NCBI GenBank assembly: GCA_040880975.1
Contig: JBBEEC010000059.1
Coordinates: forward strand, 6,486-70,485
Length of the DNA stretch: 64,000 nt
Source: Bacteroidota bacterium
Lineage (GTDB): Bacteria > Bacteroidota > Ignavibacteria > UBA10030
Direction: 5' to 3'
In this document: in pieces, positions 9,761 through 19,327 of the stretch
Layout: every line of letters begins with the position of its first letter
Position numbering within the stretch: position 1 is the stretch's first letter
Notes under the pieces: generated by a model
Told to the model about the DNA's origin: nothing
What the model saw: only the letters and a program-made list of their open reading frames with translations
Databases searched by the model: none
Made by a program: the position numbers and the translations under genes

Positions 9761-10735
9761 TTACTTCCCTAAGAGCTTTCTGGCTTCCTGCGTCAGGGCA
9801 GGGAGGATTTCAAACGCATCGCCTACAATTCCATAGTCTGCCACCTGAAAAATGGGGGCGTCCTTGTCCTTGTTGATAGCGACAATATACTTTGAAGATG
9901 ACATTCCCGCAAGGTGCTGAATAGCTCCGGAAATGCCAACCGCGATATACAACGAGGGGGAAACCGTTTTTCCCGTTTGTCCAACCTGTTCGTCATGGGG
10001 TCTCCAGCCGGCATCGACCACGGCGCGGGAAGCACCAACCGCAGCGCCCAGCACTTCGGCGAGTTCTTCGATAAGTTTGAAGTGCTCCGGCCCCTTCAAT
10101 CCCCGACCGCCGGAAACGATGATCTCCGCTTCCGCGACGTCGATCTTCCCCGAGGATTGTGCGATTTCTTTGACTTGCGTGCTGTACTCCGCATCACCGA
10201 GGTCCGCTGTGTGCTCTTCAACCTGCGCAGACGCTTCCCCGACAGCAACCGCTGTAAAGACATTGGGACGCAGAGTGAATACTTTGCACTTGGAGTTCAT
10301 CTTTACATCGATCAGCGCTTTCCCGGCGTAGACAGGTCTCGTGGCAAGAAGTTCAGAATTCTCCCACCGCAGTGCGGTACAATCCGCGGCAAGCCCTCCA
10401 TCCAGTTTCACAGCCACCCTGGGTGCAAGGTCCTTTCCCATAGCAGTTGCCGGAAACAGCACAACGTCCGCTCCGATTTTCTTTGCCACATTTGCGACAA
10501 TTGCCGCGTAAGCGGTCGATGAGTATTGGGAAAGCTTCGGGTCCTCCACGGCAATAACACGCGCCACTCCATAGGTTCCCAACGCGGGTGCAATCGATTT
10601 GACCTTGTCTCCCACCACAATGCCCACGACTTCGGCTCCGGAAGACTCTGCGAGTTTTTTCGCAGCCGTCACAATTTCAAACGCTGTTTTTTTGAATGTG
10701 TTATCGCGCTGCTCAGCAAAGGCCAGGATCGTCAT
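9761..10735 (-). CDS. etfA: Electron transfer flavoprotein alpha subunit
   Basis: C-terminal FAD-binding signature [28 protein letters not shown]...[13 protein letters not shown]. 4-nt overlap with etfB. Confidence 0.93.
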   Translation of the reverse strand: MTILAFAEQRDNTFKKTAFEIVTAAKKLAESSGAEVVGIVVGDKVKSIAPALGTYGVARVIAVEDPKLSQYSSTAYAAIVANVAKKIGADVVLFPATAMGKDLAPRVAVKLDGGLAADCTALRWENSELLATRPVYAGKALIDVKMNSKCKVFTLRPNVFTAVAVGEASAQVEEHTADLGDAEYSTQVKEIAQSSGKIDVAEAEIIVSGGRGLKGPEHFKLIEELAEVLGAAVGASRAVVDAGWRPHDEQVGQTGKTVSPSLYIAVGISGAIQHLAGMSSSKYIVAINKDKDAPIFQVADYGIVGDAFEILPALTQEARKLLGK

Positions 10736-11478
10736 AGGACTTTCGCCTCCTCGTGCAGAAGCCGCAGAAGCTCCGGTACTGCTGACGCATCTGTTCCGAC
10801 AATCCTGCCCGGGGTTTTCGCGGCCGGTTTCTGCATGGCGACAATTTCCACCTTGTTTGCCGCCGGTGTCGGCTGCCGCTCTTCAATCGGCTTGTTCTTC
10901 GCAGCCATAATGCCTTTGAGCGAGGGGTAGCGGGGATCATTCAGCCCTTTCTGGGCCGTGACCACTGCCGGCAATCGGGTTTCCACATGTTCATGGCCGC
11001 CCTCGATCTCACGCTCGGCCAGTACAACGCCATTCTTGATTTCCAGTTTTACGACAACGGTGACCGACGGAATGCCGAGCATTTCAGCGACCATGGGTCC
11101 TACCGCGGCGGTATCGCTGTCGATCGACTGCTTTCCGAAAAGGATGATATCGGCCTGAAGCTCTTTGATGTAGTCTGACAGGGCCCGCGCGACGGAAAAT
11201 GTGTCGCGGGGGGTTTCGTCTTTCAGGAGGACGGCCTTGTCAACACCCATCGCAAGGGTCTTGCGAAGAGTTTCCTTGTGAGTATCACCGCCAAGGGAAA
11301 CAGAAATTACTTCACCACCCTGCTTTTCTTTCAGCCGGAGAGCTTCTTCCACGGCAATCTCGTCATAGGGATTGATGATGAAATTCACCCCGGTCCGCTC
11401 GATCGATTTGCCGTCGGGACTAACCTTAACCTTTGTTTCGGTATCCGGAACGTGATTGACGCACACGACGATTTTCAT
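10732..11478 (-). CDS. etfB: Electron transfer flavoprotein beta subunit
   Basis: MKIVVCVNHVPDTETKVKV N-terminus, AMP-binding fold; GAAGGAGA RBS. Confidence 0.93.
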   Translation of the reverse strand: MKIVVCVNHVPDTETKVKVSPDGKSIERTGVNFIINPYDEIAVEEALRLKEKQGGEVISVSLGGDTHKETLRKTLAMGVDKAVLLKDETPRDTFSVARALSDYIKELQADIILFGKQSIDSDTAAVGPMVAEMLGIPSVTVVVKLEIKNGVVLAEREIEGGHEHVETRLPAVVTAQKGLNDPRYPSLKGIMAAKNKPIEERQPTPAANKVEIVAMQKPAAKTPGRIVGTDASAVPELLRLLHEEAKVL

Positions 11479-11538
11479 GAAAGCACTGTCTCCTTCAAAT
11501 TAACATCTCTTTCAAACTAAAGAACTTTCTCCAAAGCA

Positions 11539-12042
11539 TCAAGCAGACGCTGCGCGGCGGTCCGTGTAGAGATGTCCTGTATTCACCTTCACGCCGAGGA
11601 CTTTCAAATACATGAAGAGCTCCGCTTTGTGATTCACATGATGTTCCACGGCGAGCATCGCTGCCCGCCACCGGGGAACGCGGCCAAGCTGGGGCGAATC
11701 GATCTCGCCGGTGTCAAACTCCTCGTCCGTGAGCCCCGCCAGAAGCTGACGGAATTCGGAATAATTCTCGTTCAGTGCCTGGACAGCTTCTTCGGATGTC
11801 TTTGAGGGAGTGCGTCGATTGAAAACAAAGATCTCGCGCATGGATTTAAATCCCCAGTCTCCTGTTGTGATTCCCCGTCCATAAACTCCCAGAGATCCGG
11901 CGATATGAGCCATCAGCTGAGCTGCGGTGAAAGCAGATTCCGTGGGTTTCCAATCAAGCTTATCGGCCGGAACCATGAGAAACAATGGCTCCGTTGGTTT
12001 TATCATTTCATCGAAATATGAGAGGTAGTTTTGGAGAGTCAT
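11539..12042 (-). CDS. DinB/YfiT-like (DinB_2) four-helix-bundle protein
   Basis: Start placed at MTLQNYL (12042). Conserved His residues of the DinB superfamily (HIAG, HHVNHKAE). The ORF-table N-terminal extension is hydrophobic low-complexity and overlaps the repeat element. Confidence 0.7.
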   Translation of the reverse strand: MTLQNYLSYFDEMIKPTEPLFLMVPADKLDWKPTESAFTAAQLMAHIAGSLGVYGRGITTGDWGFKSMREIFVFNRRTPSKTSEEAVQALNENYSEFRQLLAGLTDEEFDTGEIDSPQLGRVPRWRAAMLAVEHHVNHKAELFMYLKVLGVKVNTGHLYTDRRAASA

Positions 12043-12070
12043 AGGATTGCGCCTGCCTGCCGGCAGGCAG

Positions 12071-12316
12071 GGATTTGAGATTGTGGATTGCAGATTGTAA
12101 ACAACGGCTGAAATGTGAAATGAGATCAGAAGTCTCGCAAGTCGGATCAAAGAGAAAAAAGAAACAATCAAATGGAAATCAAGCAACAAACAAAAAGAGG
12201 AAATTACAACCCTCAAAAGACCATCTTTATTTTCTCTTTTTTTATTTTCATTTCTTTTTGCCCGTTGCTGTTTTCTGTTTCGTTTTGCATAACCTTAGGC
12301 TCTCCACCTTCACTAC
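12071..12316 (+). repeat. Interspersed low-complexity element A: GATTG direct repeats, then a purine arm (12148-12200), loop and pyrimidine arm (12226-12288) forming a long imperfect hairpin, with a CTTCACTACTC tail
   Basis: About 85% identical over the arms to the reverse complement of 48462-48574 (element B). Shares the GATTG(C/T)GGATTG motif with 41761-41790 and 1048-1056. Confidence 0.6.
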
Positions 12317-13270
12317 TCATCTACTCAGATACTCCGCCAGCTTCTTCAAACTCACATTTCCGCCACTGATGATGGCACAGACTTTCTTATTCGAAACACC
12401 CAAGATATTAAAGAGCACTGCGGCTGGTGCCACAGCACCGGTCGGCTCGGCGACGATTTTCATTCGTTCCAGCAGGAATTTCATCGTCTCAATCACCTGC
12501 GCATCCGTCACCGTAATGACATCATCCACATATTTCATGATAATCTCGAAATTCCGGCCACCGACCGACTGTGTACGCATGCCGTCTGCAATGGTGTCCG
12601 GGGGGGCGATTTTGACGATCTGCTTTTTCCGAAAGGACTGGTAGCAGTCGTTCGCCTGTTCGGTTTCGACTCCGATGACCTTGATACCCGGAAACAGGTG
12701 TTTCGCAGCGATCGCGTTCCCCGCTATCAGTCCTCCTCCGCCCACGGGCACAACGAGGTAGTCCAGGTCAGAGAGTTCCCGTGCAATCTCGACGGTCACC
12801 GTCCCCTGTCCGGCAATAATTTTATCATCATCGAACGGGGGGACCGGCACAAAACCTTTTTCCCGTTGAAGGGCCTCTGCCATGCGTTCCCGGTCGTCGG
12901 TGGAGTCTTCGCTGAACACAACCTCCGCCCCGTATCCCCGGGTTGCTTCAACTTTGTTCGGGGGCGAGCCTTTCGGCATCACGATCGTCGCCCGGACACC
13001 AAGGAGCTTTGAGGCCAGCGCAACACCCTGGGCGTGATTGCCCGACGAGTGAGCCACCACGCCGCGGGCGCGCTCTTCTCTGCTGAGGCTGGCGATTTTG
13101 TTATACGCACCGCGTATTTTGAACGCTCCGACCCTCTGAAAATTCTCCGCCTTCAGGTAGACGACGTTTTTGCTGACGTCATCGAGCGTTTGCGACGTCA
13201 GGACCGGCGTTTTCAGAACGACCGGGTCCACGACGGCGCATGCCGCTTCGATATCGGAATACCGTACCAT
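12317..13270 (-). CDS. ilvA: Threonine ammonia-lyase / serine-threonine dehydratase (PLP-dependent, short form)
   Basis: PLP-lysine motif GAFKIRGAYNK and glycine-rich loop GVVAHSSGNHAQGVA. 317 aa with no C-terminal ACT-like regulatory domains. Confidence 0.88.
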   Translation of the reverse strand: MVRYSDIEAACAVVDPVVLKTPVLTSQTLDDVSKNVVYLKAENFQRVGAFKIRGAYNKIASLSREERARGVVAHSSGNHAQGVALASKLLGVRATIVMPKGSPPNKVEATRGYGAEVVFSEDSTDDRERMAEALQREKGFVPVPPFDDDKIIAGQGTVTVEIARELSDLDYLVVPVGGGGLIAGNAIAAKHLFPGIKVIGVETEQANDCYQSFRKKQIVKIAPPDTIADGMRTQSVGGRNFEIIMKYVDDVITVTDAQVIETMKFLLERMKIVAEPTGAVAPAAVLFNILGVSNKKVCAIISGGNVSLKKLAEYLSR

Positions 13271-13354
13271 GACGGTTCAAAATAGACAAAACGGGAATGG
13301 AAGACAAGCCGCCTTTGGGCCGGGGGCAAGATTTTACTTGACCCTGATCCCATA

Positions 13355-13376
13355 ATGCTTTACCTTAGTAAAGCAT
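13355..13376. promoter_or_regulatory. Perfect 9-bp inverted repeat ATGCTTTAC-N4-GTAAAGCAT overlapping the yerC-like start codon; candidate operator
   Basis: Read directly from the sequence. A near-identical half-site pair recurs at 13713-13730. Confidence 0.55.
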
Positions 13377-13665
13377 GAGACGCGCATCGCCCAGGGAAAT
13401 CGACCGGCTGTACGGGGTCGTTCTTCGCCTTAAAAGCATTGACGAATGCAAGCGGTTCTTCAGGGATCTGCTGACCGAGACCGAGATTCACGAGTTCGCT
13501 CAGCGATGGAAGGCCGCCCAGATGCTTGAAGCACGAATTCCCTACAAAACCATCGAACGGGAAACCGGGTTGAGTTCCAGAACGATCGCCCGCGTTCACC
13601 GCTGGATGAAACACGGAAGGGGCGGGTACAACCTCATGCTCCGGCGCCTGCGATCGGCGCTTTGA
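13375..13665 (+). CDS. YerC/YecD family TrpR-like DNA-binding protein
   Basis: ECKRFFRDLLTETEIHEFAQRW...ETGLSSRTIARVHRWMKHGRGGYNLMLRR matches the YerC/YecD (Trp-repressor-like) family consensus. Confidence 0.85.
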   Translation: MRRASPREIDRLYGVVLRLKSIDECKRFFRDLLTETEIHEFAQRWKAAQMLEARIPYKTIERETGLSSRTIARVHRWMKHGRGGYNLMLRRLRSAL

Positions 13666-13672
13666 CAGAACG

Positions 13673-13704
13673 CGGATGGGCAAAATGTCCCTCCGGTTTT
13701 TTTT
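13673..13704 (+). terminator. Intrinsic terminator or attenuator-like hairpin between the yerC-like gene and hisG
   Basis: CGGATGGG / TCCCTCCG stem (one mismatch), 7-nt loop, followed by eight T residues (13697-13704). Confidence 0.45.
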
Positions 13705-13712
13705 CACGGAAT

Positions 13713-13730
13713 ACTTTATCTGAGTAAAGT
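13713..13730. promoter_or_regulatory. Second operator-like palindrome ACTTTAT-N4-GTAAAGT, 3 nt upstream of the hisG ATG
   Basis: Shares the core CTTTAY-CTNA-GTAAAG with the site at 13355-13376. Confidence 0.5.
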
Positions 13731-13732
13731 GC

Positions 13733-14608
13733 ATGCTTGCAGCCAACGGACGTCTGAAAATCGCCATTCAACGGGGCGGAAGACTGACCGAGGAATCGGT
13801 CGGCCTTCTTCGGTCGTGCGGCCTCGCATTTGAATTCCAGCCGCAGGGCCTCTATTTCCCCTGTAGAAATTTCGATCTGGATATTCTCTCCCTCCGGGAC
13901 GACGATATTCCGGAATATGTACAAGACGGGGTCGCCGACCTTGGCATCGTGGGACAAAATATCGTCACGGAAAAACAGGCCCGCGTGCGAACGTTGAAGA
14001 ACCTCGGGTTCGGACTTTGCCGGCTGATGATCAGCGTGCCGCAACGGTCCGCCATCCGATCGGTCCGGCAGCTCAACGGCAAACGGATTGCCACCACATA
14101 CCCCACAACGCTTCGGAAGTTCCTTCGATCCGCTTCGCTGCGCTCCTCGCTGGTGGAGCTCAGCGGCGCTGTCGAAATCGCCCCCTCCCTCGACGTCGCC
14201 GATGCCATTTGCGACATTGTGTCCACCGGGACAACGGCGCGTATGAACGGATTACGCCCCTTGTCCACGGTTCTCGAATCCCAGGCAATTCTGATCGCGA
14301 ACGCGGGTTCGCTGAAGAACAGGGCAAGCAAGAAACTTGTCGAGCGTCTTCTTATCCGGCTCTCCGGCAGTCTCGAGGCGCGAGGGAAACGGTACATCAT
14401 GTTGAACGCGCCCGCCTCTTCCATTCCGAAACTGATGACCATCATCCCTGCGCTGAAAAGCCCCACCGTTGTTCCGCTGGCCAAAAAGGGCATGGTTGCC
14501 CTCCACTCTGTGATAGCAGAACATGTCTTCTGGGATGTCATGGAACAGCTTAAACAAGCCGGCGCCAGCGATATCATCGTTGTGCCCATCGAGACGATCA
14601 TCTCATGA
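13733..14608 (+). CDS. hisG: ATP phosphoribosyltransferase, long form with C-terminal regulatory domain
   Basis: 291 aa, N-terminus LKIAIQRGGRL, C-terminal HisG_C domain. First gene of a tightly overlapping his operon. Confidence 0.93.
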   Translation: MLAANGRLKIAIQRGGRLTEESVGLLRSCGLAFEFQPQGLYFPCRNFDLDILSLRDDDIPEYVQDGVADLGIVGQNIVTEKQARVRTLKNLGFGLCRLMISVPQRSAIRSVRQLNGKRIATTYPTTLRKFLRSASLRSSLVELSGAVEIAPSLDVADAICDIVSTGTTARMNGLRPLSTVLESQAILIANAGSLKNRASKKLVERLLIRLSGSLEARGKRYIMLNAPASSIPKLMTIIPALKSPTVVPLAKKGMVALHSVIAEHVFWDVMEQLKQAGASDIIVVPIETIIS

Positions 14609-15891
14609 AAACGTTCCGGTCATCCCGCCTTTCCGCCGCACACAGGCGAAGACTGACAGTCCGCAATCCGGTCAACGATCAGGCCGCGGAACGGACGGCG
14701 CGCAGGATTTGCCTCGACGTCAAACAGCGCGGCAACGCAGCGGTGAGCGATTTCAGCACGCGATTCGACGGAGTATCGCCGCAAATCAGGCGCATCCCCG
14801 ATTCTGCCCTGAACAAAGCTTCGCGCCGAATGAAACCTGAATTTATGCAAGCATTGCGAAACGCCGCTGCAACCATCACCCGGTTTCATGAGCAGCAGAA
14901 TTCTTCTCAGCGGCCAGTCCGCACGATGCCTGGTGTCACATGCTGGCGTACGATCACAGCCATCCCCCGCGTCGGACTCTATGTCCCCGCGGGATCCGCC
15001 CCATTACCGTCAACGGTTTTGATGCTCGGTATCCCTGCTCTCCTTGCAGGTTGTAACTCCATTGCGCTCTTCACTCCGCCGTCGTCGAACGGGCTGGCAA
15101 ATCCCTTCGTCCTTGCTGCCGCGGCCGTTGCAGGAATCAGGGAAATTTACCCGGTCGGAGGCGCCCAGGCCATCGCGGCCATGGCGTACGGGACAGAGTC
15201 TGTTCCAAGGGTGGACAAAATCTTCGGGCCCGGGAACAGGTTTGTCAATCTTGCCAAGCAAATCGTCGCCGCCGATCCCGAAGGCTGTGCAATCGATATG
15301 CCCGCCGGGCCGTCAGAACTCCTTGTCATCGCTGACGCCGACGCCAATCCCGCGTATGTTGCCGCCGATCTGCTTTCACAAGCAGAGCACGATCCTGATG
15401 CCCGCGTTGCCCTTGTAACAACAAGCGAACTTCTCGCACGGCGCGCACTCGCCGAGATTGCCTCTCAGCTCAAAGACCTCCCGCGAAAGACGATCGTGAG
15501 GCGCTCATTGGCGGCAGGTTTCGTTCTGATCGTTCGCTCCCTTTCAGAAGCCATGCGCTTCTCAAATGAGTACGCTCCCGAGCACCTTTCGATTCAAACA
15601 GCCCGCCCGGAAGCACTTGCCCGTCATGTTCGCAATGCCGGCTCCGTGTTTCTTGGCGCTTCTGCCCCCGTGGCAGCCGGTGATTATGCTTCGGGTACCA
15701 ATCATACTCTGCCGACGGGCGGCAGGGCCAGGGCCTATAGCGGTCTCACGGTCGGGAGTTTTCAGAAATCCGTTTCATTTCAGTCTCTTACGCGGGCCGG
15801 CCTCGGCAGGCTCGCAGGAACAATCAAAAGCCTTGCAGCCGCTGAAGGGCTTGAAGCCCACCGCCGCTCCATCACGGTGAGAGAACACTGA
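14605..15891 (+). CDS. hisD: Histidinol dehydrogenase
   Basis: 428 aa. Conserved AGPSE and QAEHD motifs. 4-nt overlap with hisG and 1-nt overlap with hisC. Confidence 0.95.
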   Translation: MKTFRSSRLSAAHRRRLTVRNPVNDQAAERTARRICLDVKQRGNAAVSDFSTRFDGVSPQIRRIPDSALNKASRRMKPEFMQALRNAAATITRFHEQQNSSQRPVRTMPGVTCWRTITAIPRVGLYVPAGSAPLPSTVLMLGIPALLAGCNSIALFTPPSSNGLANPFVLAAAAVAGIREIYPVGGAQAIAAMAYGTESVPRVDKIFGPGNRFVNLAKQIVAADPEGCAIDMPAGPSELLVIADADANPAYVAADLLSQAEHDPDARVALVTTSELLARRALAEIASQLKDLPRKTIVRRSLAAGFVLIVRSLSEAMRFSNEYAPEHLSIQTARPEALARHVRNAGSVFLGASAPVAAGDYASGTNHTLPTGGRARAYSGLTVGSFQKSVSFQSLTRAGLGRLAGTIKSLAAAEGLEAHRRSITVREH

Positions 15892-16943
15892 TGAGAACAT
15901 CGATCGAAAATCTTGTCCGTGCCAACATTCGGAACCTTACGCCCTATCGCAGTGCGCGGCAGGATTACGGAACTGGCATTCTGCTTGACGCAAATGAGAA
16001 TTCATTCGGCAGTGTCCTGAGTTTCGACGGCATTGCATTGAACCGCTACCCGGACCCGTCGCAGATTCTGTTACGGGAAGCCCTGGCAAACCTGAACATG
16101 ATGCCCTCGGACCGGATCTTCGCAGGGGTGGGATCGGATGAAATTATTGATCTTCTGATCAGGATTTTCTGTCATCCTGAAAAAGATTCCGTTCTCATCA
16201 TCGAGCCGACCTATGGGATGTACAGAGTTTCGGCCTCTGTCAACGGTGTACACGTTCTCAGCAGCCTGCTTAATTCGGAATTTCAGATCGACAGGGAGGA
16301 TGTGCTCTTAAAGGCGCCGGGGGCCAAACTCATTTTCTGTTGCTCTCCAAACAATCCGACGGGCAATTTACTCCACGCTGCAGACATTCTCGCCCTCTGT
16401 GCGCAAACGGACGCGCTGGTGATCGTCGACGAAGCTTACATCGATTTCGCCCAAGCCTCGTCGCTGGCGGCGTCCACGCACAAATTTTCCAATCTGATTG
16501 TCTTGCGAACTCTCTCGAAAGCCTGGGGCCTTGCAGCCATCCGCCTTGGATATTGCATCGCCGATCCTGTTGTCATCGGTTATTTGATGAAGATCAAACC
16601 GCCCTATAACATCAACGCTCTCACAAATCAACTTGCCCTTCAGGCTCTGGAGCAACACCGCCTAATGACGGAGACCGTTCAGGCTCTTCTCCTTGAACGG
16701 GGACGGCTGGTTCAGGGCCTGGAAGCCATTCCCTTTGTCCGGCAAGTGTTCCCCTCGGATTCAAACTTTGTGCTCATCCGATGCACCGACGCACAGGTCG
16801 TCCGGGAACATCTGGCAAGCAAGGGTATCATTGTCCGCGATCGCAGCTCCGAGCCGCGGTTGGAGAACTGCCTCAGGATAACGGTCGGTACAGCTGTTCA
16901 AAACGAAGCGTTGTTGCGCGCACTTGCGGAGGTTGCATTATGA
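15891..16943 (+). CDS. hisC: Histidinol-phosphate aminotransferase
   Basis: Class-II aminotransferase with PLP-lysine region TLSKAWGLAAIRLGY. Confidence 0.93.
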   Translation: MRTSIENLVRANIRNLTPYRSARQDYGTGILLDANENSFGSVLSFDGIALNRYPDPSQILLREALANLNMMPSDRIFAGVGSDEIIDLLIRIFCHPEKDSVLIIEPTYGMYRVSASVNGVHVLSSLLNSEFQIDREDVLLKAPGAKLIFCCSPNNPTGNLLHAADILALCAQTDALVIVDEAYIDFAQASSLAASTHKFSNLIVLRTLSKAWGLAAIRLGYCIADPVVIGYLMKIKPPYNINALTNQLALQALEQHRLMTETVQALLLERGRLVQGLEAIPFVRQVFPSDSNFVLIRCTDAQVVREHLASKGIIVRDRSSEPRLENCLRITVGTAVQNEALLRALAEVAL

Positions 16944-18031
16944 ATGTCGTCTTTCTGGATCGCGACGGTACCATTCTTGTGGAACCTCCCGACCTGCAGG
17001 TGGATTCACTCGAAAAGCTGGAATTCCTTCCGGGAGCCTTCCAGGGACTCAGGCTCCTTGTGCAGAGGGGATACCGCCTTGTTCTCGTAACCAACCAGGA
17101 CGGCCTGGGATCCCCTTCGTATCCTGCTTCTGCATGGGACAAGGTCCAGAAAAAAATGTTTCGTCTGCTTGAAGGCGAGGGGATACACTTCGCCGAGGTT
17201 TTTGTGTGCCCCCATGGCGAATCCGATCAATGCGGGTGCAGGAAACCCCGAACCGGGATGGTTGACGAATTTCTCCGACGGAATCCGGTCAATCGAATGA
17301 AGTCTTACGTCGTTGGCGACAGGGAAACCGACGTTCAACTGGGAAAAGCGATCGGCTGCAAAACGGTCCGGCTGACCTCTCACGCATCCAGCTCAGCCGA
17401 CATTTTGGTACCGGGAATTCTTGAGGCTTGTCTCGCAATCGTGCGGCGCGACCGAACTGCCTCCGTAAGGCGCACAACACGGGAAACTGACATTACCGCG
17501 GATCTTCTGCTCGACGGAACCGGTGAGTCCACCGTTGCCACCGGTATCGGGTTTTTCGATCACATGCTGGCTCAACTCGCGAGGCATTCGGGGATCGATC
17601 TGACGATTAACGCCAAAGGCGATCTGCACATCGATGAGCATCATACGGTTGAAGATGTCGGATTGGCAATCGGGGAGGCAATCCGCCTGGCTCTGGGCGA
17701 TAAGCGGGGAATCGGCCGTTTCGGCTTTGCGGCGCCGTTGGACGAATCCCTCGCGCAGGTTGTCATTGACTTGAGCGGCCGGCCCTCTTGTTCGTTTCGG
17801 GCGAAGTTCGAACGCGAACGCGTCGGGGAATTACCGACGGAACTCGTGGAGGATTTTTTTCGCGCCTTTGCCGACGGCCTCAGATCAACGATGCACGTTT
17901 CCGTCGACGGCCGGAACGATCATCACAAAATCGAGGCTGTGTTTAAAGCAACTGCTCGTGCTCTCAAAGAGGCAATTACACTTGATCCGGACCGGGCCGC
18001 TGTTCTTCCAACGACAAAAGGCATGCTATGA
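16940..18031 (+). CDS. hisB: Bifunctional histidinol-phosphatase / imidazoleglycerol-phosphate dehydratase
   Basis: Start reset to MNVVFLDRDGTI (HAD DxDGT motif) at 16940, overlapping the hisC stop (ATGA). C-terminal IGPD domain with GIGFFDHML and VDEHHTVED motifs. Confidence 0.93.
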   Translation: MNVVFLDRDGTILVEPPDLQVDSLEKLEFLPGAFQGLRLLVQRGYRLVLVTNQDGLGSPSYPASAWDKVQKKMFRLLEGEGIHFAEVFVCPHGESDQCGCRKPRTGMVDEFLRRNPVNRMKSYVVGDRETDVQLGKAIGCKTVRLTSHASSSADILVPGILEACLAIVRRDRTASVRRTTRETDITADLLLDGTGESTVATGIGFFDHMLAQLARHSGIDLTINAKGDLHIDEHHTVEDVGLAIGEAIRLALGDKRGIGRFGFAAPLDESLAQVVIDLSGRPSCSFRAKFERERVGELPTELVEDFFRAFADGLRSTMHVSVDGRNDHHKIEAVFKATARALKEAITLDPDRAAVLPTTKGML

Positions 18032-18612
18032 TCGGCATCATCGACTACGGGGCGGGGAATGTACGGTCGGTCAGCAATGCCCTGACCACTCTCGGAGTGC
18101 AACACTTCATTTCCGGCGATGTCAAAGAGCTCCGACGGGCATCAAAGATTATCTTTCCCGGCGTCGGCGAGGCACGCAGCGCAATGGCCTCGCTTGAAAG
18201 AACCGGCGTCACGGAATGGATTCGGTCGGCCCGCGTGCCGTTCCTCGGAATTTGCCTCGGGATGCAGCTTTTGTTTGAACACACATCGGAACGCGAAACC
18301 ACATGTCTCGGCATCATGGAGGGAGCTGTCAAACGTTTCCCGGTCGGTGTGAGAGTGCCCCATATGGGGTGGAATACGCTCACCCTTGTCACCGAAGATC
18401 CGTTGTTTCAAGGAGTGCAGAGCGGCGAATTCTTCTATTTTATCCATTCGTACTTCGCTCCCCTCACAGCGAAGACCATCGGCACCACGGATTACAGCGG
18501 CGATTTTTCGTCGGCAATCCGGATTCGCAACTTCCGCGGAGTTCAGTTTCATCCGGAAAAATCCGGTGAAGCCGGGCTGAGACTTCTGTCTAATTTTGTG
18601 ATCCTATGTTAA
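18028..18612 (+). CDS. hisH: Imidazole glycerol phosphate synthase, glutamine amidotransferase subunit
   Basis: MIGIIDYGAGN start, catalytic GICLGMQ cysteine and HPEKS histidine. Confidence 0.95.
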   Translation: MIGIIDYGAGNVRSVSNALTTLGVQHFISGDVKELRRASKIIFPGVGEARSAMASLERTGVTEWIRSARVPFLGICLGMQLLFEHTSERETTCLGIMEGAVKRFPVGVRVPHMGWNTLTLVTEDPLFQGVQSGEFFYFIHSYFAPLTAKTIGTTDYSGDFSSAIRIRNFRGVQFHPEKSGEAGLRLLSNFVILC

Positions 18613-19325
18613 TCCTGCCGGCCATTGACCTCCTCGGCGGAAATTGTGTCCGGTTGCAACAGGGCGATTTCAACTCTGCCAAGGTGTATTCGAATTCGCC
18701 CGTGGAAACAGCCCGGTCATTCGTGAAACAGGGATTCACGTATCTCCACGTCGTGGATCTCGACGGCGCCCGGGATGGAACAGTTCGCAATGCCGCGGCG
18801 ATACGGTCTCTGCTCGGCGTCGAAGGACTGCGGATTCAGGCCGGCGGCGGAATCAGGAACAGGGAAGATGTCGAGCGACTTTTATCCGTTGGAGTACACA
18901 GAGTCGTGACGGGAAGTGTTGCAGTGAAGGATCCCGCAACGGTCCTCCGGTGGATCGATGAATTCGGCCCTGAGCACTTTACGATTGCGCTCGACCTTCG
19001 CGGAGGCTCGATTGCAACAGAAGCGTGGACAACGCATGACCGGCGTTCCCTTCGCGATCTTATCGGTTGGTATCGGGAGGCCCGCGTGATATCGATTCTT
19101 TGCACCGATATCGAGCGGGACGGCATGATGACGGGGCCAAATATCGACCTCTATCGTAATTTGCTTACAGCCTTTCCCGGCATCGAACTGATCGCGTCAG
19201 GGGGAATCTCTTCCTTTGACGACGTGGATGCTTTACAGAAGGCCGGTATTCCCGCAGCAGTGATCGGCAAAGCGCTTTACGAAGGGCGGATAAGGCCGGC
19301 GGATCTCAAACCGTTGATGGACTAA
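18606..19325 (+). CDS. hisA: 1-(5-phosphoribosyl)-5-[(5-phosphoribosylamino)methylideneamino]imidazole-4-carboxamide isomerase
   Basis: [18 protein letters not shown]-terminus, (beta/alpha)8 HisA family. Confidence 0.93.
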   Translation: MLILPAIDLLGGNCVRLQQGDFNSAKVYSNSPVETARSFVKQGFTYLHVVDLDGARDGTVRNAAAIRSLLGVEGLRIQAGGGIRNREDVERLLSVGVHRVVTGSVAVKDPATVLRWIDEFGPEHFTIALDLRGGSIATEAWTTHDRRSLRDLIGWYREARVISILCTDIERDGMMTGPNIDLYRNLLTAFPGIELIASGGISSFDDVDALQKAGIPAAVIGKALYEGRIRPADLKPLMD

Positions 19326-19327
19326 TC

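Noticed and set aside
9150-10522. Plus-strand ORFs of 228 and 202 aa
   Set aside because: Antisense to the bifunctional-nuclease and etfA genes; low-complexity Arg/Gly-rich translations.
13271-13732. Search for a His-codon-rich leader peptide or T-box upstream of hisG
   Set aside because: No run of CAC/CAT codons in any short ORF, and no T-box specifier or antiterminator motifs. Regulation more likely by the YerC-like protein.
13852-14601. 249-aa minus-strand ORF
   Set aside because: Antisense to hisG inside a tightly packed, overlapping his operon.
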